Origin: Candidatus Parcubacteria bacterium
Lineage (GTDB): Bacteria; Patescibacteriota; Minisyncoccia; Minisyncoccales; JAGMDC01
Direction: 5' to 3'
Length of the DNA: 47,944 nt
Assembly (NCBI GenBank): GCA_023130975.1
Contig: JAGMAD010000003.1
Coordinates: forward strand, 195,692-243,635
Both the position numbers and the translations under genes were made by a program. Position 1 is the first letter of the stretch. Every line of letters begins with the position of its first letter. The notes below the pieces were generated by a model, which ran no database searches, had not been told where the DNA came from, and saw only the letters and a program-made list of their open reading frames with translations. Positions 22,229 to 28,846 of the stretch are shown here, piece by piece.

Positions 22229-22270
22229 ATGGCTTCTGTAATTTTTTCAAAAAAAGAGGCCATTTTTTTA
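22229..22270 (+). terminator. Rho-independent terminator closing the operon
   Basis: ATGGCTTCT...AGAGGCCAT stem (one G-U) with an internal TTTTTT/AAAAAA extension, followed by TTTTTTT. Confidence 0.65.
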
Positions 22271-22377
22271 TCTTTAAAATAGAGACCTTGACTCCTTGCG
22301 TTTTTTTTCTAATTATGTATAATAAAATAACAGTTGTTTTAAATAAAAATAAAAAATAGGGGGTGAGATTAAAAAAA

Positions 22378-22737
22378 ATGGCAACAGAAATCAAGAATCG
22401 GTTTTTATCAGCGATATTACAAATAAAAGAAATTAGAGGGGAGCAAGCAGAGGAAAAAGTTAAGGAGGCACTTAAAGAACTTCAAAAGGAGGGGAAAATC
22501 GAAAATTTCGGCCAGACCATGAAATTTAGCATAGAGGATCTAACCGGTATAGATTTTATCATTTTTTGGAAAGCTAAGAAAAAAATATTACTTCAAGTCA
22601 AAGGATATCCCTTTGAAAACAAAAGAAAATATCGAAAAAGGAATATTCAAGTGATTATGGCCTTGCCGGAAGAAAATGTATCAGAGGTAAAAAGAAAAAT
22701 TTTTGCTATCATAGAAAGAAAAACAAAAAGAAAATAA
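22378..22737 (+). CDS. Small basic hypothetical protein (119 aa from ATG 22378)
   Basis: AGGGGGTGA SD region upstream. E...D(GIDFIIF)...LLQVK arrangement faintly reminiscent of PD-(D/E)xK nucleases. Lys/Arg-rich tail. Confidence 0.55.
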   Translation: MATEIKNRFLSAILQIKEIRGEQAEEKVKEALKELQKEGKIENFGQTMKFSIEDLTGIDFIIFWKAKKKILLQVKGYPFENKRKYRKRNIQVIMALPEENVSEVKRKIFAIIERKTKRK

Positions 22738-22738
22738 T

Positions 22739-22768
22739 GGGCTTTATTTAAAGCCCTTGTTTTTTTTA
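22739..22768 (+). terminator. Rho-independent terminator
   Basis: GGGCTTT-ATTT-AAAGCCC followed by TTGTTTTTTTT. Confidence 0.75.
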
Positions 22769-22814
22769 TTCAACAATAGTGGATGGATTTTCTAAAATGT
22801 GGTAATATAAAAAA

Positions 22815-23354
22815 ATGATATTAGGGGTGAAAGAATTACTAAAATTAGTAAAGGAGAGAAAGATAGTAGAAAATCTTTCAGAAAGAGAACTCAAGAATCC
22901 AGAAGGAGCAGGTTTTGATTTTCGGCTCGGAGAGATTTATGAAATTTCTGGAAAAGGATTTTTAGGCATAGACGAAAGAGAGACGCCAAAAACAAAGCTA
23001 TTAGCAAAATATGAGCCAAAAAAGAAACAAAATTTTATTTTTGAACCGGGTAAATACTACTTAATGAAAACAATAGAAGAAGTGAATTTACCGGAAAATA
23101 TTTTATGTCTTCTGCGACAAAGATCAACTTTGCATAGGTCGGGAATAATGATTTTTACTGGCAATGTTTCACCAGGATATCAAGGTGTCTTAACCTTTGG
23201 GATTGTGAATTTAGGTCCTTGTGATATAAAAATTGAACTTGGCGCAAGAGTAGTTCATGCTATGTTCCATGAAGTAAAAGGAGAAACCAATTTGTACCGA
23301 GGCCAGTGGCAGGGCGGCCGGGTCTCAACTGGTAAAAAAGAAAAACAAATTTAA
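22815..23354 (+). CDS. dcd: dCTP deaminase / dUTPase-superfamily protein (Dcd-like)
   Basis: 179 aa. GAGFDFRLG..., LRQRSTLHRSGI, SPGYQGVLTFGIVNLG patterns of the trimeric dUTPase/Dcd fold. Confidence 0.75.
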   Translation: MILGVKELLKLVKERKIVENLSERELKNPEGAGFDFRLGEIYEISGKGFLGIDERETPKTKLLAKYEPKKKQNFIFEPGKYYLMKTIEEVNLPENILCLLRQRSTLHRSGIMIFTGNVSPGYQGVLTFGIVNLGPCDIKIELGARVVHAMFHEVKGETNLYRGQWQGGRVSTGKKEKQI

Positions 23355-23356
23355 TT

Positions 23357-24052
23357 ATGAAAAATATTGCTAAATTTACCCGCCATAATTTTTCTTTTGA
23401 AAATTTAGGCGGGTTAATTGACCATACTAATATTAAGAAAGAAGCTACTGCTAAAGATATTAAAAAAACCTGTGAAGAGGCAAAGAAATATAATTTTCGG
23501 AGTGTTTGCATAAATCCAGAATGGGTGAGATTAGTTAAAAAAGAGTTAAGCGGAACAGACATAAAAAAGGTAGTTTTAATTGATCCACCAATGGGCTTGA
23601 GTTCTTCTCAAAAACGATTGAAAATGTGTCAGAAAGCAAAAAGAGATGGCGCAGATGAATTAGATGTAGTAATGAATATTATTGGCTTAAAATATGAGAG
23701 GTATGATAATGTCTTAAACGACCTAAAAGGAATTTGTAAAATTTTGCCAACAAAAGTGATTATTGGAAGTGGCTATTTAACTGATGATGAAATAAAAATT
23801 GCTTCTCAATTAGTTAAAAGAGCTGGAGCAATTTGTGTCAAAACGGCAACTTTTAAAGATCCGTTAGAAAATAGAGAATTAGAAGAAAAAGCGAGACATC
23901 TTAAAATTATGCGAAAGGCAGCTCCTGGACTCTTAATAAAAGCAGCTGGCAAAATAAAATGTCTCAATGATTTGAAAATAATGGTCAAAGCCGGCGCTGA
24001 TATAATTGGAACCAGCTCAGGAGTTTCAATAATAAAAGAAGCCAAAAAATGA
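23357..24052 (+). CDS. deoC: Deoxyribose-phosphate aldolase
   Basis: 231 aa. [37 protein letters not shown] and CVKTATF (Schiff-base Lys region) match the DeoC pattern. Confidence 0.82.
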   Translation: MKNIAKFTRHNFSFENLGGLIDHTNIKKEATAKDIKKTCEEAKKYNFRSVCINPEWVRLVKKELSGTDIKKVVLIDPPMGLSSSQKRLKMCQKAKRDGADELDVVMNIIGLKYERYDNVLNDLKGICKILPTKVIIGSGYLTDDEIKIASQLVKRAGAICVKTATFKDPLENRELEEKARHLKIMRKAAPGLLIKAAGKIKCLNDLKIMVKAGADIIGTSSGVSIIKEAKK

Positions 24053-24056
24053 TTTT

Positions 24057-24986
24057 ATGAGTTATTTTCCAACCGTCGGCCTCGAGATCCATGCCGAATT
24101 AAAAACAAAATCAAAAATGTTTTGCTCTTGTGTCAATAACCCGGATGAAAAACAACCAAATGTTAATGTTTGCCCTGTTTGTTTATCGCATCCAGGGACC
24201 TTGCCGGTGATAAATAGAGATGCAGTGAGAAAAGTAATTAAAACTGGCTTGGCTTTAAATTGTCAAATTCCTCAATATTCTAAATTTGATAGAAAAAACT
24301 ACTTCTATCCCGATCTACCTAAAGGGTATCAAATCTCTCAACTTTATATGCCGTTTTGTGAAAATGGATTTTTAGAAATTAATTGCAGTCCCGAAGGAGA
24401 ACAAGTTCCCTACGGGACAGGCAGGAAAATCAGAATAAGAGAAATTCATTTAGAAGAAGATACAGGAAAATTAATTCACCCAGAAGGAGCCGATTATAGT
24501 TTAGTGGATTTTAATCGGGCAGGTGTTCCTCTAATGGAATTGGTTACTGAGCCGAATATTCATTCAGCAAAAGAAGCGAGGAAATTTGCTGAAGAATTCC
24601 AATTAATTTTAAGATATCTTGATGTTTCTTATGCCAATATGGAAAAGGGACAATTACGCATTGAAGTGAATATTTCACTTCAATGCAAATCCAAAATCCA
24701 AATGCCAAAATCCAAATCAAATCCAAAATCCAAAATCCAAAATCCAAAACTGGGAACTAAAGTAGAAATTAAAAACTTGAATTCTTTTCGAGCAGTGGAA
24801 AAGGGGATTGACTATGAAATTGAAAGGCAATCGGAAATTTTAGAAAAAGGAGAAAAAATTGTTCAGGAAACGCGGGGTTGGCATGATACAAAACAAATTA
24901 CCATAAGCCAGAGAGAAAAAGAGGAAGCTCATGATTATAGATATTTTCCAGAACCAGACCTGCCGATGCTTCACATTGGAAGTTGA
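24057..24986 (+). CDS. gatB: Asp/Glu-tRNA amidotransferase subunit B, N-terminal (catalytic cradle) segment of a split gene
   Basis: [25 protein letters not shown]...[13 protein letters not shown]...[11 protein letters not shown], then stop TGA at 24984-24986. Confidence 0.85.
   Translation: MSYFPTVGLEIHAELKTKSKMFCSCVNNPDEKQPNVNVCPVCLSHPGTLPVINRDAVRKVIKTGLALNCQIPQYSKFDRKNYFYPDLPKGYQISQLYMPFCENGFLEINCSPEGEQVPYGTGRKIRIREIHLEEDTGKLIHPEGADYSLVDFNRAGVPLMELVTEPNIHSAKEARKFAEEFQLILRYLDVSYANMEKGQLRIEVNISLQCKSKIQMPKSKSNPKSKIQNPKLGTKVEIKNLNSFRAVEKGIDYEIERQSEILEKGEKIVQETRGWHDTKQITISQREKEEAHDYRYFPEPDLPMLHIGS
24686..24750 (+). repeat. AATCCAAA octamer-type tandem repeat inside gatB
   Basis: CAAATCCAAAATCCAAATGCCAAAATCCAAATCAAATCCAAAATCCAAAATCCAAAATCCAAAAC, translated as [21 protein letters not shown]. 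Confidence 0.85.
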
Positions 24987-24990
24987 AACT

Positions 24991-25653
24991 ATGAATATCA
25001 ATATTAATAAAATTAAATCAGAGATTTCTGAACTACCTCAAGCCAAAAGAAAGAGGTTTAAGGCAGAGTATAATTTATCAGATAAAGAGATAGAAGTTTT
25101 TGTTCAAAATAAAAATCTTGGAGAATATTTTGAAAAAGTAATGTCAGAATTAAGAAACTGGGTAAAAGAAGCAGAGATAAAGAGAGAAGTTGAAAGAGAT
25201 GAATTTTTAAAATTAGCAAAATTTTGCACTAGTTATCTAATTACTGATCTTCAGGGATTATTAAAAGGTGGTGATGTTGCCCCCCACCACTTTTTTGAAA
25301 AAAGTGGTGGGGGGTTGATCACCCCAGAAAACTTTGCTGAATTTATCACTTTAGTTTATAAAAAAGAAATTTCCTCAAAAATCGCTAAAATAGTTTTAAG
25401 CGAAATGTTTAAAACCAGTGCTGACCCGTCGCACATTATTAAAGAAAAGGCATTGAGCCAGGTAACCGATGAATTAGAAATTGAGAAAGTTATAAAGAAC
25501 ATAATTTCAAAAAATCCCAAACCAGTTGAAGATTATAAAAAAGGAAAACAAAACGCTTTACAATTTTTAGTAGGCCAGGTAATGGCAGCTACCAGAGGCA
25601 AAGCCAAACCAGATATAGTTAACAACATTCTAAAAAGAGTTCTTTCAAAATAA
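24991..25653 (+). CDS. gatB: Asp/Glu-tRNA amidotransferase subunit B, C-terminal (helical plus YqeY-like tail) segment
   Basis: ELPQAKRKRFKAEYNLSDKEIEVF...GEYFEKV...ISSKIAKIVLSEM...ALQFLVGQVMAATRGKAKP. In the +1 frame relative to the N-segment. This frame is open from 24931. Confidence 0.82.
   Translation: MNININKIKSEISELPQAKRKRFKAEYNLSDKEIEVFVQNKNLGEYFEKVMSELRNWVKEAEIKREVERDEFLKLAKFCTSYLITDLQGLLKGGDVAPHHFFEKSGGGLITPENFAEFITLVYKKEISSKIAKIVLSEMFKTSADPSHIIKEKALSQVTDELEIEKVIKNIISKNPKPVEDYKKGKQNALQFLVGQVMAATRGKAKPDIVNNILKRVLSK
25280..25314 (+). repeat. Perfect 17+1+17 nt palindrome inside the gatB C-segment
   Basis: CCCCCCACCACTTTTTT-G-AAAAAAGTGGTGGGGGG, translated within GGDVAPHHFFEKSGGGL. Confidence 0.9.
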
Positions 25654-25673
25654 AAAAATAGGAGGTGAAAAAA

Positions 25674-26027
25674 GTGGGAGATTTTACAATAAGATTAGAA
25701 AGGGGAATAATAGCAAGTCATTCAGTAGAAATAAACGGAATATTCAAGAAAGAGTGGAAAAAAGAAGAAATAGAAGACTTCATTAGAGCGAAAATAAGCG
25801 AGATAAACGAGGCGTTTCAAGCCGAGATAGAGCTTTTAAGTATTGAAATGGGAAAAAAGACAAGAATAAGGATTCAAGTTTTGATTGCTTCTGTGGGTTC
25901 TGCAAAAACAATGGAACGTTGGTCGCGTGAGTGGTTAGGGAACCATATAGAAAAAAATGAAGCTTGTATTACCCGTTTAAAAGTGAGGGCTATTTCTCCT
26001 CTTTCAGGAATGATGAATGAGGATTAA
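25674..26027 (+). CDS. Hypothetical protein (about 117 aa)
   Basis: Consensus SD GGAGGTGAAAAAAGTG (alternative GTG 25665). Purine-rich coding strand like the 19.5-22.2 kb operon. No family recognised. Confidence 0.55.
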   Translation: MGDFTIRLERGIIASHSVEINGIFKKEWKKEEIEDFIRAKISEINEAFQAEIELLSIEMGKKTRIRIQVLIASVGSAKTMERWSREWLGNHIEKNEACITRLKVRAISPLSGMMNED

Positions 26028-26028
26028 A

Positions 26029-27396
26029 TTAGCCTCTTTTTTTTACCAATTTACCTTTCAATCCCCAGGGGATAGCGTTAGTTACTTTAACCTTCACGAA
26101 TTTCCCAATTAACTTTTTATTAACTGGTTTAAATTTTATTGTTTTATATTCCCTTGTTTTTCCAATCAGCCAATCCTTTCTTTCATATTCTGGCAAAACT
26201 TCTACCATTTTTCCAATATATTTTTTATTATTTTCTAAAGCAGTTTTTTTAAGAACTTCAGTCAAAACCTTATCTCTTCTTTCCTTTTCTTGATGAGATA
26301 CACTATCTTTCATTTTTGCTGCCGCAGTACCTGGTCTTGGAGAATACTGGGCAATATAAGCCATATCCGGTTTGATTGCTTTGAGAAGTTTTATAGTGTT
26401 TTCAAATTGCTTTTTTGTTTCCCCTAGAAAACCCACAATTATATCAGTAGATAAAGTAACATTAGGGATTTTTTTTCTGATTTTTTTAACTAAATTTTTA
26501 TAATCTTTAACAATATAAGGCCGATTCATTTCTTTTAAAATTTCATTATCTCCTGACTGGATAGGCAAACTGATATATTTTGTTACTTTCTCGCACTCAG
26601 CAATTGTTCTAATCAATTCGTCAGAAAAATCTTTGGGATGCGAAGAAGTAAATCTAATCCAAAAATCCCCGGGAATCTTATTTATCATTTTAAGTAATTT
26701 CGCGAAATTTGTAATATTAAAATTGCCATAGGTGCCACCTATGGCAATTTTTGTGTTTTGTGATTTATAACTATTCACATTTTCTCCGAGTAACCATATT
26801 TCCTTGTATCCCTTTTTAGCTAAATCTTTTATTTCTTTTAAAATATCTTTTGCAGGTCTTGAGATTTCTTGCCCCCGAGTATAGGGAACTACACAATATG
26901 TACAAAAATTATTACAGCCAATAATAATTGGGACATAAGCCGAAAATTTAGTTCTATATTTCGGCTGGGTTTTTAGGTAAGCACAATCTAATCTATTGAG
27001 GTTCAACCTCAATAGAGAGGTTGAACCTCTTAATATTGGATAGTAAAAGTATTTATCTTTTTTCAAAAATTTCTTCCAATGAGGTAAACTTTTAATAGAT
27101 AGAATATAGTCAAATTTTTCTTTGAATTTTCTTAGATCTGACTTTAAAACACAACCAGTCAGTAAAGTTTTTAATTTAGGATTTCTCCTTTTTAATTTCA
27201 AAAAATTTTTTACTTGGCCGTAAACTCTATCAACAGCTGATTGTCGAACAGAACACATATTAACCACAATCAAATTCGCCTCATCCATTTTTGAAGCTGG
27301 CTTATAGCTTATATCCTCCAAAACCGAAGCGATTCGTTCCAAGTCAGAGAAATTCATCTGACAGCCATAAGTAATGATATAATATTTTTTCATCAT
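26029..27396 (-). CDS. miaB: Radical-SAM methylthiotransferase, MiaB/RimO family
   Basis: 455 aa. YIITYGCQMNFSDLE (MTTase N-domain), CNNFCTYCVVPYTRG (radical SAM CxxxCxxC), C-terminal TRAM. Confidence 0.88.
   Translation of the reverse strand: MMKKYYIITYGCQMNFSDLERIASVLEDISYKPASKMDEANLIVVNMCSVRQSAVDRVYGQVKNFLKLKRRNPKLKTLLTGCVLKSDLRKFKEKFDYILSIKSLPHWKKFLKKDKYFYYPILRGSTSLLRLNLNRLDCAYLKTQPKYRTKFSAYVPIIIGCNNFCTYCVVPYTRGQEISRPAKDILKEIKDLAKKGYKEIWLLGENVNSYKSQNTKIAIGGTYGNFNITNFAKLLKMINKIPGDFWIRFTSSHPKDFSDELIRTIAECEKVTKYISLPIQSGDNEILKEMNRPYIVKDYKNLVKKIRKKIPNVTLSTDIIVGFLGETKKQFENTIKLLKAIKPDMAYIAQYSPRPGTAAAKMKDSVSHQEKERRDKVLTEVLKKTALENNKKYIGKMVEVLPEYERKDWLIGKTREYKTIKFKPVNKKLIGKFVKVKVTNAIPWGLKGKLVKKRG
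26993..27030. repeat. Nested palindromes read in-frame in miaB
   Basis: CTATTGAGG-TTCAA-CCTCAATAG, plus two 13-nt palindromes GAGGTTCAACCTC and GAGGTTGAACCTC. Encodes GSTSLLRLNLNRL on the minus strand. Confidence 0.8.
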
Positions 27397-27477
27397 AGTT
27401 TTAGATTAAAATAAAACCTCGGCTTTTTCAATCCAAGGTTTTATTCAATTTAGTTGTATTATTATAAAATCTTGTTT

Positions 27478-28689
27478 TTATTTACACACTCCCTTATAAT
27501 CAATTTCTACTTCCGCTAAATTGGCAAAACAGGTATTACTATAAGTTTTTCCATCCTTTCCACAAACTGGGTTCCATAAAGTAATACAAGCCTGGGGTTT
27601 TGTTAGTTTTTGAGGGATTTGAATCTCTGACGGAATTACACATTTAAAAGAAACAATACAACCGTTTTCGTCTCTTTCTAAAAGAATTCTTCCGTTGCCG
27701 CAAAAGCCGAGAGGTGGTTTTTCAATGTCAATTTCGGGACAATTTCTGTCTATTTCTTCAATTTTTTCTAAGATATTTTCTCTTACTTCCATTATTTTTT
27801 GCCTCAGGACAGGTTTTTCTTGTAATTCTGATTTTAGATTTTCCAAAATTTCAAGATGTATTTCTTTTTCTCCGGAAATTTTGTCAATATATTCCTTGAA
27901 TCTTTCTTGATTCTCTGGAGACATTTTTTCTAAATCGCCTTGCAATCTTTTGAGCGAATTTTCTTGAGCTTTTCTAATTGCTTCTTTTGCCTGTTCAGGC
28001 ACCTTTTCTTCCAGCTTTAGTAAAACTTCTAAATTCTTAAAGTTCTTATATTTACTTCCTTTTATTTCTGCCATATTTTTCTCTAATCGTTCAGAAATGT
28101 TATCTTCTCTATCTTCTAATTTTGTCATAACCTCACCAAATCTTTCAAGGTGTCTCTCTCGGGCTTGTTCTATTTTTTCAAATACTTCAGTCGGAACCTG
28201 AGTTTGTAATTTTTCAAGAATTCTATAATGAAGAGTTTGATGTTTAATAAACTTATCTAAAAAAGCACCAACTTTTGGATTTGCTTCTGCCTTTTCTTTT
28301 ATTTTTTCAGATGCCTCCTTAATTTTATCCATTTCATTTTGATAATTTTCTAAGCTATTTTCTATAATATCTGGATCTTTTACTTCTTCAATCATCTTTT
28401 TTACTTCAATTAATCTTTCGTTAGCAAATTTTGATTTCAATTCGGCTTTTTTGATTGGATTAAAAGCAAAGAAAGACCGAATTCCTCTGCCCCAATCTTT
28501 TAAGAAATAAAAAGGACTATCCGGTAATAAAGTTGGTTCTTCAATATCCAGATCTTCTGCCTGAATATTCTCATCAAGATTTACTGCTTCAGTTGCATTT
28601 TCTTGTGCTAAACTTACTGAAGCAAACCCTAATCCCAGACAAAGAGCGATTAAGATTAGGCATATAAAAGATTTGGTTGAGTAAAACAT
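27478..28689 (-). CDS. Secreted/anchored DUF5667-like coiled-coil protein with a C-terminal Kazal-like domain
   Basis: Signal/anchor MFYSTKSFICLILIALCLGLGFASVSLAQ. LPDSPFYFLKDWGRGI (DUF5667-like). C-terminus ACITLWNPVCGKDGKTYSNTCFANLAEVEIDYKGVC (Kazal pattern). Start set at ATG 28689. Confidence 0.8.
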   Translation of the reverse strand: MFYSTKSFICLILIALCLGLGFASVSLAQENATEAVNLDENIQAEDLDIEEPTLLPDSPFYFLKDWGRGIRSFFAFNPIKKAELKSKFANERLIEVKKMIEEVKDPDIIENSLENYQNEMDKIKEASEKIKEKAEANPKVGAFLDKFIKHQTLHYRILEKLQTQVPTEVFEKIEQARERHLERFGEVMTKLEDREDNISERLEKNMAEIKGSKYKNFKNLEVLLKLEEKVPEQAKEAIRKAQENSLKRLQGDLEKMSPENQERFKEYIDKISGEKEIHLEILENLKSELQEKPVLRQKIMEVRENILEKIEEIDRNCPEIDIEKPPLGFCGNGRILLERDENGCIVSFKCVIPSEIQIPQKLTKPQACITLWNPVCGKDGKTYSNTCFANLAEVEIDYKGVCK

Positions 28690-28846
28690 CTTTTTTAAAT
28701 CCCAAGCACCAAGCACCAAATTCCAAATGAGCACCAATTTTCAAAATTCAAATGATTAAAATTTATTTAGAGTTTTAGAAATTGGGATTTGGGATTTGTT
28801 TGGGATTTGGGATTTGTAATTTGGAATTTACACTGTGAAGTAGTGT
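28690..28846. repeat. Word-repeat palindromic spacer (AAATCCCAA/CCAAATTCCAAAT versus TTGGGATTT/ATTTGGAATTT)
   Basis: Directly visible inverted word blocks on either side of about 28760. Confidence 0.7.

Noticed and set aside
22815-23354. dCTP deaminase as an anti-phage dCTP-depletion defence gene
   Set aside because: It is housekeeping-sized (179 aa) with no extra kinase or sensor domain, and it is adjacent to deoC. Ordinary Dcd is the simpler reading. It remains relevant only as context for the neighbouring operon.
24686-24750. Possibility that the short tandem repeats (gatA, gatB, trmD, thrS leader) are CRISPR arrays
   Set aside because: The units are 7-16 nt and directly adjacent, with no unique spacers. 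There are no cas genes, and the repeats lie inside conserved coding sequences.
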